Assembly: GCA_011109175.1 (NCBI GenBank)
Contig: RDEW01000046.1
Span: forward strand, 201,545-265,544
Direction of reading: 5' to 3'
Length of the DNA stretch: 64,000 nt
From: Dicyema japonicum
Taxonomy: Eukaryota; Animalia; Dicyemida
Shown here: in pieces, positions 36,924-52,715 of the stretch
How the letters are laid out: each line of letters begins with the position of its first letter
How positions within the stretch are numbered: position 1 is the first letter of the stretch
Notes under the pieces: model-generated
What the model saw: the letters and a program-made list of their open reading frames with translations, nothing else
The model's database searches: none
What the model was told of the DNA's origin: nothing
Program-made: the position numbers and the translations under genes

Positions 36924-39900
36924 TCACTTAAATATAGGAACAGGTGGATGAAGAATACAATCTTCTTCAGTTTCTTCAGACACATTTCTTTTATCATCAA
37001 CCAACTCCTTTAGCAATTCAGGAATTAACTGCCGTAATCTACTAGTTGTCTCATCCAATAATTCAGAACAGTTTAAGACTCCCATTGACTTTACAATCAA
37101 CAACACACTCTTGAATTGCTCTAAAATTGATTTTCTCTGCCATATAAACTCAAAACAAACCAATGACTCATTCTGAGTGGTCACAAACGCACATACTAGT
37201 TCCACAATTTTCTTCCAAAACACGTCAAAATTGTCACATCCAGTAAAAAAATTAACATTTCTTATGAAAATCTATAATAATCAAAAACCCAGAAAACCTT
37301 GCAAAGCATTGAAATAGCACGTATTCTTACAACTTCATCTCCTCCAGATGTATTAGCCAACATTCTCGTAAAAATAGGAAAAATAATCTGAACTAAACAA
37401 TCAACACAACCATGCTGAAACACTTATTCCACATGTGATTCCCCATAGTGAAAACTCTATCATGTACTAACGCCTTCTGAATGCAATCAAACGAATAAAG
37501 CTGCACAACACTCCGCACATCAAGAGTATATTGGGCCAGTTCTAAAATAGTAAAAATATTTATACGATTTAACAGGACAAACCACCAATCATTATTATTT
37601 ATGCTATCAGACAAGGCTAACTGTACACAGATTGAACTTGTAGCATCCAACAACTAAGTATTAATTAAAATAACAACCCTTAATGTAACTTTGCTTAAAT
37701 ATTCTGTAACCACAAACAAATCACTGTGTGGTGCTTTCCCACTGGGACTCAATTCCTTTTGTAATGAATGACCTATAACATGTATAACACCAATACATTT
37801 AATAGCAGCAGAATTTAGGGCAATAATGTAATGAATAAGGTATTCCACGTGATTGAGTTCAAAACAGAGACTACTGGCATTCAAAAACTGTTCTAGTAAA
37901 TCTACTCCAAATGAAAGCATCGGCATCTTGACGTTCCCGATTGGAATCCTGTCCATATTTTGGTAGTCAAACCATAATTTAGTATCTTCTTCTAAGAACC
38001 CAATGTTTTCTATAAATTAATCAAACTACTACTCAGTTTATATCGCTGAATGAGGTTATCTGGAGGATTTACCCCTGTGGAAAACACCTCTAGCAGCAAA
38101 AAACATATTGGCAGTCCATTTGACGTCTCTAACAGAACGGAGAACGTTTGAATAAAATTGCCAATAAAGCCAGCCACAAGTAAATATAGCTTAACAAAGT
38201 CACTTTTTTCTAAATTTTCAGGAACAAAACAAATCATTAAGGACATAATCTAATAATATTAATAAATAAAACATCATAGGGAATTTTCTCTTGGTTCACA
38301 AAAGCCAAAAGCATTCTGAAATATCCATGAACAGCCTCTTCAATAAAAACCGGTTGATAAACAGCACTTGTTACTAAATGCAGAACACATGTCCTTAAGG
38401 AAGAGAAAAACAGCGACAACCGATCCCTCGAACTAAAACATTTCCCATACCTGTTATTAATAACAACCCTCACGAGGATGTCGTAAAACAAAAGTGAAGC
38501 TTCAGCAGAATTATTACTGATAATCACAGAAGAGTCAAGTATGCAGTCACATAATGTCTTGAATAAAAGACATAGAAAACTCTGATAAATTCAGTGAGGG
38601 ACTGACTATGAAGTGATTTTGTATTGCTGATAATCATATCAATCTGCCATTCATTTACAATTTGTCTGCATTTGTTTAAGGCTTCTATCCTGTCATTTCG
38701 TCTAAGAGTAGTGTTGTCGCTTTTCCCTCCAAAAAAATTCATTATTGAACTCAAAGTTCCAGGGGTAGTTTTGGTGGTCATTTGGTGGTCAAATAGCTTT
38801 TCTAATGACCTTTTACCACCAATTTCGAATAGGTTATCTACCTAAAGACATCAAATACGCAAATGACCTCAACAAGAGTTTGCGGATAAATACCAGCTAC
38901 ATAAAGAGTAAATAAAGCTTCCAAAACATTCTTCCACCCATCTCTCATCAAATCACCGTAGTGAGCAACCAAATCAAAACAAACCTTTCCTGCCATTTGG
39001 GCTTTTTCGTTGCAAAACAAAATATCTAAAAAATGACTTTTTTCATAATTCTAAAATTAAAAAATCAATAAAACTCTCGATTCATTAAGCATAAATGACA
39101 TTTTGAATAAAGAAATTATAATGGAATCGAAAATTGTAATCATTCCAAAACTGGCAGAAATGGCAGCACATTTTCTAAAGTAAGATAAAAGTTTTACTTG
39201 TATGACTCGAGAATAGCTTTGGCGACAAAACGGGATATTTTCTTTCTCGTAAACATAAGACAAGGCAGCCACAGAAGAGCTCCAAAGAAGAACAAACAGT
39301 TCAGAATCACACAAACAACCTTTCGTCACAACGAACACTTCATCCTTACATGAAGAATGTTTTCTCTGAAAGTTGGTAAACAAGTTACATTCCAAATGTA
39401 TTTGTCCCTGTTAATCCCACTTTTTGTTGAAGTTATGATAATTTCATTCATTCTAAGATAAACAGAAAAGTCTACTTGATAGAGTTGTAAATATTTTTCA
39501 GCATTTCCCTATACTGACCTCCATCTCCTTCTGGTATTCCAACAGATTCGATGAATTTCTGTTAATATAAAACAAGAATACTTGGCATGACATTGGGTTA
39601 TTTGTTAGTCGCAAAAGAGGGTTGTGTTGATCCACATTAAGCACCATTATTGCATTTGCCAACAAAAAAGCAGCGTCATAACTATGGAATACGCCCCCAT
39701 TACATTCCTAAAGGTGACTATGAAATCTCAAACCAAGAAACGCTCTACAAAGACACCGAGAATATTGGCAATTACGGCGGATTCTCCTGGTAGATGAAAG
39801 TCGTCGAGGAATTTCCTAATTGCCGAATCCATTCTAAGTCCAGAAAAGTCATATTGTCTATAATTTAGAATCCAAAAAAAGTACTTCAAAAATGCAGCAA

Positions 39901-41550
39901 GAACTTTCTTGTTAGCCTGTTTTCCGAAAAACAGTCCACGGCTGTGATATCAAGATATTCATAATATTCTGTTAAAAACAAAGCTAGCTCATCGGGATCA
40001 GTCGGACTTTTAAGGACTCCCAACTCAACCAACTCCGCAAAGCACTTTCTGTAACTTTCAGAAAATTTTGACACACATTTTAAGACTTTCTAAATGAAAT
40101 ACTAATATGAAATCAACCTCCTTATTTTTTAGCTTGAGTGCAAAGTCTTTAGCTGTTAGAGTAATCTGAGATACATAATATGTGCCATCACCAACATTAC
40201 GACTAACAACACTAAATACTACAATTACTTATAAAATATTACCTGTTTGAGGAACAGAATCACTTCGTTTGCGAATATGATCAAGGGGAATCATCAATCC
40301 ACGCAAAGAAGGCAGTCCGTTATATGAGGATATTCCAATCACGGAAACTTGCTAAAATAAAGGCGAAAAGTACCTTAAACAGAGCAGAAATAACAGTTTC
40401 GAGCAGATTAACTGAAATGCAGTCGAAGTTTGTATAGATCTGCAACGGGATATCTTCAAGTGCGAGAAAGTCGCATAGTAGTTGGCAAGTAAGGTCGTTC
40501 TCCATGATGGAATACTTCTCATCGTTCATTCTCTCAACAATTTTAATCACATAGAGCTAATCATTATTAAAGACAAAAACTTCAAATGGGATTTTGAGGT
40601 AGGGAAGCAATTTAGAGAACATATTAAAAGAGAGAACCAAGGAGCGACTGTACAAAGAAAGCAAGTTTGAACCAGTAAGCTTAAATGAGGATAAAATCTT
40701 ACCATTAACAATTTTTTGGCCAATTCGGTTCTGATTAGGACCATTAGGTGAGTATGATTACAGAGCTCTGGAGTGCTGAGAACAATTGTTAGCAATTCCA
40801 TCCCAAATACTACTTTGATCTCGTCGTTATTTTTGTCATCAATGCTTATTAATGATATTAAAAATCTCAGAATCTCTCGACTGCATTTCTTAGCGATTCC
40901 AAGGTTATAACCAGTCGTCATTGAGTCCTGTGAAGAGGCATCGTCTGATACGAGTTTTGAAGGCGTAGGATCTCGTTTTTGAAAAAATGGGGTCAAATTA
41001 TTGAAGATTATATACATTGAATCACTCAATATGCCCTCAATTCTCTTTCTAATCCATTCTAGAGTCGTAAATGAGAGATATTACTGTTTAACTTCAGATC
41101 AAAGTACAAACAGAAGCACCATTGCAAAGAATCACATATCAGTTGGCTGTTCAGTGGAAGAAACATGTCGCAGGTCATAATGACTTCGAAAATCTGAGAA
41201 ATAAGGGAAAACCAAACTTCAACTAAACTTGCAATCAAATATTCCCCATTTTCCCCATCTGTAACTGCTTTCACGCCTACCAATGCTTTCATAACCATGT
41301 GGGATGTTGTAGACTTTAAAGGACGGTCAAATGAGACTTGCATAAAACAAATCACTACAATGTGCAACAAAAGACAATATTTTTTTGAGAGTTTTCAGAT
41401 TTAAAAGAACAAATTCAACGGAACACTCTGAGGCATAGAAATTGGTAAAATGAATGTTTTTACTATCAAAGTAATGTCGTAGGTTTTATTTATTATATTT
41501 TCCTTTAATTTGTCGAACTCTAATATGCTCTTTCCCATAAACTCAGACAT
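36924..41550 (-). CDS. GBF1: GBF1-type large ARF guanine-nucleotide exchange factor (Sec7 domain), many tiny introns
   Basis: FHLPGES glutamic finger, LNVDQHN, QIYTNFDC and KAQMAGKVCFDLVAHYGDLMRDGWKNV; start codon tentative. Confidence 0.85.
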
Positions 41551-41791
41551 CTTTAATATTTAGTATTAAATACATTAATTTTGGAGAAAGTGCATTTCAA
41601 TATATAAATGTGAGATAATGTAATATCTTTTATGTATTCTGTCATTAAAAAAGATGTAAATGAACACAAAAGACTGATACGTTAATTTAAAAATATTTGT
41701 TTCAAATTAATTATTTTTTGAATTTTTTATATATATTATATTAGCAAAATTTGAAGGGTTATGGTATTTTTTCCTCGATTATGTCTCTATA

Positions 41792-42121
41792 GCCGGGTGG
41801 CATAGTGTTTAGGTGTCGGGCTAAAGTGACTTAGGTTACGGGTTCGATTCTCGCTGCTGTTCACCTGGTGGAAGGTTCTACGCATCTACGATGCTAAAAA
41901 GGTTTGACGAGTGACTCCGTCATCAATGGACTGTCACTGCGGAACTGATAGTCAAAAAAAGACCCACACACAAGAAAAAGAAAAATAGAAGTGAAGATCA
42001 TTTTTGGTTCTACGATTAGTTAAAATTAACTGTTCTTTACTTAAATAAAGTGTGTGTCCTGCCTATGCGGAGCTAATACTACGGCTCCGTGATAAAGGCT
42101 GTTATTATTATTATTGTTATT
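41792..42121 (+). mobile_element. Full-length tRNA-headed SINE
   Basis: 14-bp TSD attatgtctctata (41778-41791 / 42122-42135); A box tggcatagtg, B box ggttcgattc, (TTA)n tail. Confidence 0.9.
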
Positions 42122-42165
42122 ATTATGTCTCTATAATTTTATTTCCTCACCTCTATAAGCAAACA

Positions 42166-45040
42166 TTTTTTAGTGAGGTGGTCACGTGCCTCGTTTCTTC
42201 TCTGTCAACGGTTAAGAAAAATGTCTAGAAAGCAGAAGATACAAGAGAATATGCTTGCCCTAAAGCTTCTTACATTCAATGCTAGAAGAAGCCTCAGTCA
42301 AGAAATACTATCTGTGATGACCTAGAAACATATAACGTTTCTATTGGCTGTATACAAGAGACGAAAATTACGTACTATCTCGATGAAAACCATGGAAAAT
42401 ATCGACTAATATGCCCACCCAGTGACTCAAAACACTATGGTCTTGGATTCGCCATTCACAGAAAACTATCATCTGACATCATTCGCATTTGGCGGGTGAA
42501 TGACAGGATCTGCGTAATACAGATCCACCTGAACAACCAATGTTCCCCTAAAAATACACTAACGATTATAAATGTATATGCACCACACTGTGGAAGAGTG
42601 GCAAAAAACCCGACCGAACTGGATGAATTCTACTCAGCATTATCAAAGACGTATAATAAATGAGTCGTCCTCACTTATATTCGTTGCTGGCGATCTAAAT
42701 GCGAATTTGGAACAAAAAAACTAAGAGATACCTTCATGGGAAGACACGGAGTGGAAAAGAAACTTGCCTGGGACCATACTTGGCCATTTCTACACAGCAA
42801 ACAAACTGTTCTTGTGCAACACGCATTCTCTCATCTTGCATGCCACATAACCATTTGGATGGGCGAACGAAGAAACCCAGAAGGAAAACTAGTCCCTATA
42901 TACAACCAAATTGATATATTATATGCCGGATCAATGAAAACGTTCTCTTATAAACGCACGCTTATACGAAGGTTAAACACTGTCAGCGATCATAGAGTGA
43001 TTATTGTCACCTTCATCCTGGCGAAACATGGTATTAAACATAAGAAACATAACTACATTACAAACAATATTATTGAGAATACAAGAAATGGATACGCAAC
43101 GGAAAACTGATTTCTCATCCAGATACAGTCAAAATTACAAAAAATACATCTGCTCTCATCTGAAGGACCTAACAGTAGGAATTTCGTGGGATCGCACACA
43201 GTATATAATAGACGAAGCAGCAAGCCAGTTCCTAGGCACGCGGGAGATGGCCAGTAAGGGTTGACGATACATACAGAACTAGTAAAGAGTTAGCAAAAGA
43301 GTTAAAGAAATCCATACAAAAAAACTAACGAAAAAGACTATAACAAGAGAAAAGTCCTTCAGGGGCAGAGGGATCAAATCCGTAGAAAAATCAGGAGACT
43401 GAACAAGACAATACACCAAAAAGAACTACTTCGCAAAATCAATAAAGTATCCAAACTGAAAGATAATTCACAAATGTATTTGGCCGCTCGTTTACTACGC
43501 CACACAAACCGGAAAACGAATAATCATCAAAGACAAAAATGGCAAGACATTACTGAATACTGAAGAGTAAGCGGAAGTAATTGCAACACATTTTGAGAAA
43601 CTTTTTAATGTGACTACAGCAATCCCCCCATTCAAAGGAAATCCTAGACCTTAAAAAAACCAATTACAATTTTGGAAGTAAAAACAGCATGTCAAAAACT
43701 AAAAAATAACAGAAGCCCTGTACAAAAACCAATAAACCCAAAGGACCGGTTGAAAACTTACGACCTATTATATTATCAAATTCTCTACGGAAAGTCTTAG
43801 CTAACATTGTATTGAAACGAATAAAAGGACCCGCCTATGAATACCTACCCGAAAGTCAAAGTGGGTTCAGAGAAGAAAGATCAACAGCTGATGCAGTATG
43901 GAGTCACAGATGGAGATGTGCAACACATCAAAGATATTGCAATGCCACCCACATTCTGGGAATGATCTATCAAAAGCCTTTGACTCGATTAACAAGAACA
44001 AATTGATGACAGTGCTGGAAGGGTTTATTGACGAATCGAGTCTAAGAATGATTCAAATCCTTCTATCTAACACAGAGCTACTTGTGAGAATTGGAAAAAC
44101 CTACTCAAGAAAATTTGAAACAAACACAGGCACTCCTCAAGGAGACTCCCTTTCTCCCTACTATTCACAATATACTTGGAGGTCGCTATGAGGGAACTGA
44201 GAACATAATACCAAGGAAAAATATAAGAAGTGATTTATGCTGATGATATAGACCTAATCTCTTAAGACAAAGAACTCCTGGAACATGTACTAGAAAAAGC
44301 ACCAGATATACTTGGAAATTGTTTCTCACCGTGAACAGGGAAAAAACAGAACGGACAAAATAAGATGAATAAACAACTCACTCGAAGAAAAATGGAGACA
44401 CATAAAGAAACTTGGCTCTCTACTAGGAGATAGCGAAGACATCATACGGAGAAAAACATTGGCAAATGCGGCATTACAAAGGTTGAAAAATCTTTGGCCA
44501 AAACGGAAAGGATATAACATAAAACAAAGGATTATGTTATACGACATCTTCATCAAACCAATCCTACTATACAACTCTGGACCTGGGCCACCTCTAAAAG
44601 AATTGGAGAGGCTAGACTCATTTCACAGGAATCATCTAAGAAACAAAACTGGAATGTCATGGCCATCCAAGATCTCGCGGAATGGACTGTACAATAAGTG
44701 TGACTGTATACCATTAAGCCACGAGATCATTAACTCTCGTTGGAGACTTTTTGAACACGTCCTGAGATTGGACCCGATATCCCTCCGAATATCGCAATGG
44801 AAGATTACTACTCCTCTAATGTAAAACGCTTTCCTGGAAGACTGAGAACTACCCTCCCGGTCGTTCTACAAAACGATCTGAAAGCCGTGAAGAAAACATT
44901 GGCATCTGGTGACGATCTGGACTCACTGAGGGACCTAGCAAAGAACAGAAGAGCTTGGAGTAACCTAACTAATTCTCTTATATTTTTTGCTGCACATGCG
45001 AGGCTATAAATATTATGGCTCTCGTGAAAGTGCTAATAAT
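42166..45040 (+). mobile_element. Full-length degenerate RTE-like LINE
   Basis: 5' motif, ATG at 42221, IQETK, YNQID, SDH, PQGDSLSP, YADD and (TAA) tail. Confidence 0.9.
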
Positions 45041-45044
45041 AAGC

Positions 45045-45237
45045 AAAAATGGCATCTCCAACATCAAAATGCACGCCGATTGAATTCCTTTGCAGAAGGA
45101 TGAGAAGACGCTTCCGGAGAGCGATTGGATCATCAGAAGACCAAATGAAGAGAGTTCGGATGTTGTTGGAGGCTGGATCACCTAATTAGTTAGTTTTGAC
45201 CTATCTTTCCTGGTGGTCTTGGGGTTAAATAAATAAG
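45045..45237 (+). mobile_element. 3' end of Vingi/Ingi-like LINE
   Basis: ggatcacctaa, family stem and (TAAA)n. Confidence 0.75.
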
Positions 45238-45245
45238 CAAAAATA

Positions 45246-45572
45246 GCCGCGTGGCACCATGTGGTGCTTCGTGGCTAATTGGTTGAAGTTTCAGTTTTGT
45301 TCGTCTGTTCCGCCTCTTTCTTTCTATTAGAGTGGCGTCATGTGATCCACCTGTCTAGGTGGCGCCAAGTGCCAGGCCGAAACTAAAAAGGATCATTTGC
45401 TCTTTCCCACTCTAATGGATTGGTTTATATAATTTCATCAATGGACGTTTTTTACCTTTTATGTTTATTCCGGATGGAGTCTATTTCCGTAGAAGTGGAA
45501 ACTGAATACACTTAATTAATTTTTTACTTTATCTTCTGTCTCGGTGTATCCGGGGTTAATAAATAATAATAA
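45246..45572 (+). mobile_element. ~325-bp non-autonomous Vingi-like element, copy 1
   Basis: Homologous to 48003-48327 and 53928-54250; shares its 5' motif and 3' stem with the LINE family. Confidence 0.85.
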
Positions 45573-45982
45573 TTCATCGAGCCGACTATCAGTTATGCCT
45601 GAGAAGCATGGGGAATTAATCTCTCGTGGACCAACCGTCTTAAAGTTGATAACACCCTATGTCGAGGTGCGACTAACATAATCCACATCGCAAAGCTCAA
45701 CAATATTCTACCCAGTCCCTTTGACCACCTAATCAAGCAAAACGGCAAGAGTTTCTTAACCCTCCAGCAGGACCTGTCTCTACAGACCGTCCTGTGTCAA
45801 GCAGTTTCCAGAAGCACATCACCCCAGTTGGTCTTCTCACTAACACTGTCCCCCGCCCGTACCGTGACTGTGTTGGGTCAAAAGTCCAACATTGGGAGAA
45901 TCTGAGAAAGCTCATCAGGATTGTCGGGATCACCTAATTAATTTCAAGAGATTAACTATTGGTGTTTTGAATTAATAATAAT
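45573..45982 (+). mobile_element. 3' end of Vingi/Ingi-like LINE
   Basis: FIEPTISYA, RPYRDCVG, GIT* and (TAA)n. Confidence 0.75.
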
Positions 45983-46149
45983 TTCCCCACCATGAACGAT
46001 TGCCCTTCCATACCAGCGATAATACATTTTTTCTTGCATACGCAGATGATGTAACCATCAAATCAAGAGACCATTGTATTCACACTGCGGCTGTCCATTT
46101 AAAATATTTATTAAACCATTTATGGATTTGACCTATGAGAAATTTATTA

Positions 46150-47390
46150 TACAAAAGCATTGAAAAGTATCTTATCGCCTGGACAAAGCGGTTTCAGGGA
46201 AAAAAGATCAACCACCGACATAGTATGGACGCACAGATGGTCTGGCGCTATATGTCAGAAATACAAAAAATGCATAGAAGTTCTGGGGATCGACATGAGT
46301 CGTGCATTCGACTCTGTACACAGGGGACTACTTATTAACATTCTGAATACATTTCTAGACACGGATGATGTTAGAATTATTTCCTTGCTCCTAGAAGATA
46401 CTCACCTGGCTGTCAAAATCGGAAATACCGCTTCCAATTTTTTTAAAACCACTCGGGGAGTTCCACAAGGGGATTCGTTGTCTCCTATTCTATTTATTAT
46501 TTATTTTGAAGCTGCACTGAGGGATTTCAGATTATCCATTAAAGGACAATATTATGAGTTGATTTACGCAGACGATCTGGACTTTGTATCGGATGATTCT
46601 GAATTTCTCAAGTACATAAACGAACATCTTCCTAACATTTTCCAAAAATGGTTCTTGAAGATAAACACTGACAAAACGGAATTTACATCATTCAGCCGTG
46701 CAGAGAGGATATCCGACGAGACGTGGAGAAGACATAAGAAGGTCGGATCGCTCTTGGGGGACGAGGAAGATGTAGCTCGACGGAAAATCCTTGCATCTGG
46801 TGCTTTCAGAAGCCTATCTAAAATATGGAGTTCGGGAAGAAGACTTTGTGGAAAAATAAAGCTTATGATATACAAATACTTTGTTGTGCCCATCCTAATA
46901 TATAACTGTGGGACATGGGGTTTGTCTAAACGGGCAATGGAGTCTATTGACAGTTTCGACCGCAGTATGCTTCGGAAGGCACTTAATATTCACTACAAAA
47001 TGAAGATCAAAAACGAACAATTATATAAGTTGAGCAAAACAGAACCATTATCCATGGAAATCAGAAGATCGAGATGGAGACTGTTCGGTCACATTCTGAG
47101 GATGGACCTGGATGTCCTGGCAAATCACGTAATAGATGAATATTTCATGGAAAAAACAAAATCATTCCGAGGAAGGCCTAGAACAACCTTACCTATCACG
47201 CTAAATGAGGACCTAAAAGCCATAGGCAGGGAGTTGAAAACAATGGATGACCTCGATGAATTAAGAGTTCTTGCGAAACGGAGAGGCCTTTGGATGCGAT
47301 TGGTGCAAAGGGTGGCAGGCGCGGCACAAGGGAACCTTAATTGACTTTTGTTTTTTTATGTGTTCTCGGCAGTGCTGATAATAATAATAA
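46150..47390 (+). mobile_element. 5'-truncated RTE-like LINE with an open 394-aa RT frame
   Basis: QSGFR, GIDMSRAFD, PQGDSLSP, YADD and (TAA)n. Confidence 0.9.
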
Positions 47391-48002
47391 TTTGAAAAGT
47401 ATGGAATGCGTCTTGAGATGAAAACTTAGGGAAGCAAGGTTTCCTTCCTAATTTGCTGTTGATTCTTGGTTTTAATAATAATGTCTCTAAAGATCAAGAA
47501 AAACTGAATATTTTCTATGAGGAACTTATTTTTATCGTAATATACTTGGAGAGCTTTCCTCATATCTTTTTGGGTGATTGGAATGACAGAGTCAGAATGC
47601 GAAATATATGGAAAAGTTAAAGATTCGAAGCGAAATTTTCGCATGATTCCACGGGATTCAAGACCTCCGATCCGAAAAATCCCTTTCAGGATAGTCTAAA
47701 CGGATGTTCTGGATGCTGCTATTGCAAACTACATGGTAGTCTAACCACCTATGGATTTTAACGAAGTGATCTACGCTGGACAAGGGGAATCTAACGTGGA
47801 AAATGCGAACATCAAATAAATGGAAGGAGAAACTGAAAAGATGGACTTAAGGAAAATCTATTTCTCTTAATGACTTTGTGGGCCAAAAGAGTAAGGGGTA
47901 AGAAAATAATGATGAATATACTTAATACTTATAGGTAAAGAAATCATGGAAGGGAGAACTCACCAGAGGGGTTGCTTGGAGTACTGGAAAAAAGACTCAC
48001 AG

Positions 48003-48327
48003 TTTATTAATTTAATTTATTAACCCCGGATACACCGAGAAAGAGTTAAGGTAAACAACTAATTAAGTATATCCAGTTTCCACTTCTACAGAAACAGAGT
48101 CCATCCGGAATCAAAATAAAGAGTAAAAGACGTCCGTACTTGCAGTTGTGGAAACCCCTCTAGTGGAGTGGGGGAGAGCAAATTATCCTTTTTCGTGCCA
48201 GCCAGGCACTGGGCGCCACCTAGACCGGTGGATCATATGACGCTAATAGGAAGAGAGAGGAGGAACAGACAAACAAACAGAAAACTTCAATCAACTAGCC
48301 ACGCAGCACCACATGCCACCAGGCGAC
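48003..48327 (-). mobile_element. Non-autonomous Vingi-like element, copy 2
   Basis: Colinear with copies 1 and 3. Confidence 0.85.
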
Positions 48328-49382
48328 AAATTCATGAATCGAGGCGAGCATTCAGGAAAAATAAATATGGTTTCGAATTAAACAGAAGGCTAAGAAATCA
48401 GTGGATCATTCGACTACATGTTGTAGCAGAATGCTCAATAGTGACTATGTTAGGAGCCATAACAAAGTTGTTGGATGTATTCATTTACATAAACAGATCA
48501 AGATTAATTCAGAAGATGGACGGAGTTTACTTGTTTGGGATACGGAAGTTATCCTCGCATCTTTCCTGAAGAGGTAAACATTATGAATTGAACTCGTTTG
48601 ATCAAATGATTTATGTTAGAGAATTTAATTTGAAAATCATGTTGGAAAATGGATCGTAAAGCGACGGAGAGATTTTTCGAAATAAAATTTTTCCATCACA
48701 TGTGAAAGAGAACAATAGAGACTGGTAGATGGCTTGTTTTGCTTTTAAATAAAATGAATAAATAACCTTCTTTCCTGGTAAAGTATCTTTCGAGATATTT
48801 TACCCTTCATTTACTGTTTGTCGGATTGTTTGAAATACTTTTAATCTATTTCCATGAGTAGTAGAGGAAGCCTTGCTTTTCTCCAAACAGTTCATTGTTT
48901 TGTATTGTTAGAGCTTAAATCTTAACTTACGTCTGTTTATTGTCAGTTGATTTCCTCTAATTTTCCCACGTTTCTATGTCACAAAAATGCAAAAGGAGTT
49001 ACGGTCGACCCACTGAAATGAATCTTTTGCGAACTTTGAGAATTATTCCATTGAGATACGTATTCGTAAGGAGTGAAGACGACGTTCACTAAAGGATCAA
49101 AGGCACGGCAGGGTGCTCATGAGCAGTTGATGATAGTCCTTTTGTATAAATTAACCTTTGTTTCCAGAGAATTCTTAGAATTATGAGATTATGTTCGTTG
49201 CGTAAGTCGTATAGAACACCCCAATAGATAGCACCAAGGAATGCAAAGGGTAATGTCAAGTGAGTAAAATAGTCGCCACTTCGAAATGGGGTCATTGTGC
49301 GTTCTACTTTTTATTAATTTAAATAATTAATTTAATAAATAATTTAAAATTAATACTAAATTTTAAATCTTCGACTTGTTCT

Positions 49383-51113
<1,731 letters not shown>

Positions 51114-51169
51114 TTTATAACCTGTTAATTTAATTTATATTTTAATTTTTTGATTTTTCTATGTTTGAT

Positions 51170-51339
51170 TTCAATTATTGGTTGAACTGGTGTAAAGTCA
51201 CTATATGCAGTATACAGGAGACTAAAGTGAAGGATGCATTTGAGGAGAAACTTATACTACTAGACTACGAATGCAACCACTACGTATTTGGCTTTGCTAT
51301 ATATCACTGTTTTGATGGGAGAATCCACAGAGTGTGGAG
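51170..51339 (+). mobile_element. RTE-like APE fragment
   Basis: ICSIQETK and FGFAI motifs; cut by hAT copy 3. Confidence 0.55.
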
Positions 51340-51399
51340 TAGGCGAACTAAGTTAAAAAAGTTAAAATTTGATAATAATAAATAAATAATCATAAGTGA

Positions 51400-52607
51400 A
51401 CTATTTTTAAGACAATAACGAGTAAATCAACTAATTAAGCGTATTTTAATCCAGATTGTTGGTAATCCCTCTTCTTCTTTTAGAAGAAGTGCCATAACCT
51501 CTCTGTTACTCCGCATCTCCACATCAGATTCAGTCAAAATATCTCCGTTAGAGTCCAGTGGGCTGTCCTCACGGCATGCCAGTTCCACAAGTTGGGAGGT
51601 AGCAGAGGTGTACTCTTCATTGTATACCTTCATCCCATGCTTATGTTCAATGAGCATACTTTTGAGCGTTCTCTTCAGCACAACCGATTGGATGTAAGTC
51701 CTCGTTGATTCTTCAATAGATAATTTATCCATATGATTCTTGAAGCATCTTGAGACAACTCCATCCCATGTCAAAACCACTGGAATAATCTTCACTTGGC
51801 ATTCATAGAGCAGCGAAAGTTCATTTGCTAGCAAGTCATATTTGTGAAGTTTCTCAACTTCAACTTGCTTTAGTCGGTCTTGTGAGGTAATCCCACTTCA
51901 ATTAATTACTTCCTTCTTTTTTGTCATACACAAAAATATCAGGTTTATTGTATTGGACTTTTGTTTCTGTCAAAATCGACGTGTCAACTCTAATTTCGAC
52001 ATTTTGATTCGTCAATATTGACTGAACCGAATGTCCTTTCAATTTCCTGCTTCTTTTGATTCCATAAATTCGACAAAGATGAAGATGGATGCACTTTACC
52101 ACTTCATTATGTCTTCGGAGATAATCACTATTTAGCATTTTTCCACACTGAGTGGCCAAATGATCAACAGTTTTCTTGCTTTTTTTACAATTGTTGCATA
52201 ATGACCCCGTGTGTGCAAAAAACAAATTCCTATCTTGCAAAAGACAGTACAATGCTTCGCTCCGTGGGCCGTTATTTCCTTTGGATAACCATTCTGAGGA
52301 AGTAAATAGGTCGACATTTGTTTCATCAATACATTTGAACATAATTGAGTGTAGTGTTCTGCAATAAATTTTATTTAATAAATATTTTTTCTGAGTGTCC
52401 TTGAGGGACTTAATATCCATGCTTTCCCTGTCGCCAATTGCATATTTGGAGGCAAAAAATCCTGCGATTGTAGCCAAGTGCCATTTTTTTGTTTTTATTA
52501 CTCGCAGAATCCCCGATCTTCGCAAACACACAGTCGACTGTTTTTCCGAACTTTTAAGAAACTGGAAAAGTATTAATTCGCTCTTTAATGAAATCGAGGA
52601 AAGTCCA
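51400..52607 (-). mobile_element. R4/NeSL-like element, 3' part (second subfamily)
   Basis: DHLATQC..RRHNEVV, NKPDI, ANEL..IIPVVLTWDG. Confidence 0.85.
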
Positions 52608-52715
52608 CGAATCGCACCAAACACACATTGACCAATCTTCCAAAAATGATGATTGAGCTCTACAAGTAACCAGAGCATTTATAAAATCTGATATTTCACT
52701 AAAAAAACTATCTAT

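Noticed and set aside
41792-41860. tRNA gene
   Set aside because: A and B boxes are present but there is no acceptor stem; it is the head of a TSD-flanked SINE
42172-42216. GT..AG intron or splice acceptor in the RTE 5' UTR
   Set aside because: The AG is absent from the other subfamily (3141, 61361), and a cis-intron would be lost on retrotransposition
48168-48569. 133-aa ORF, and the many short antisense ORFs in the track
   Set aside because: Antisense to the non-autonomous element or to LINE and host ORFs; no recognisable motifs
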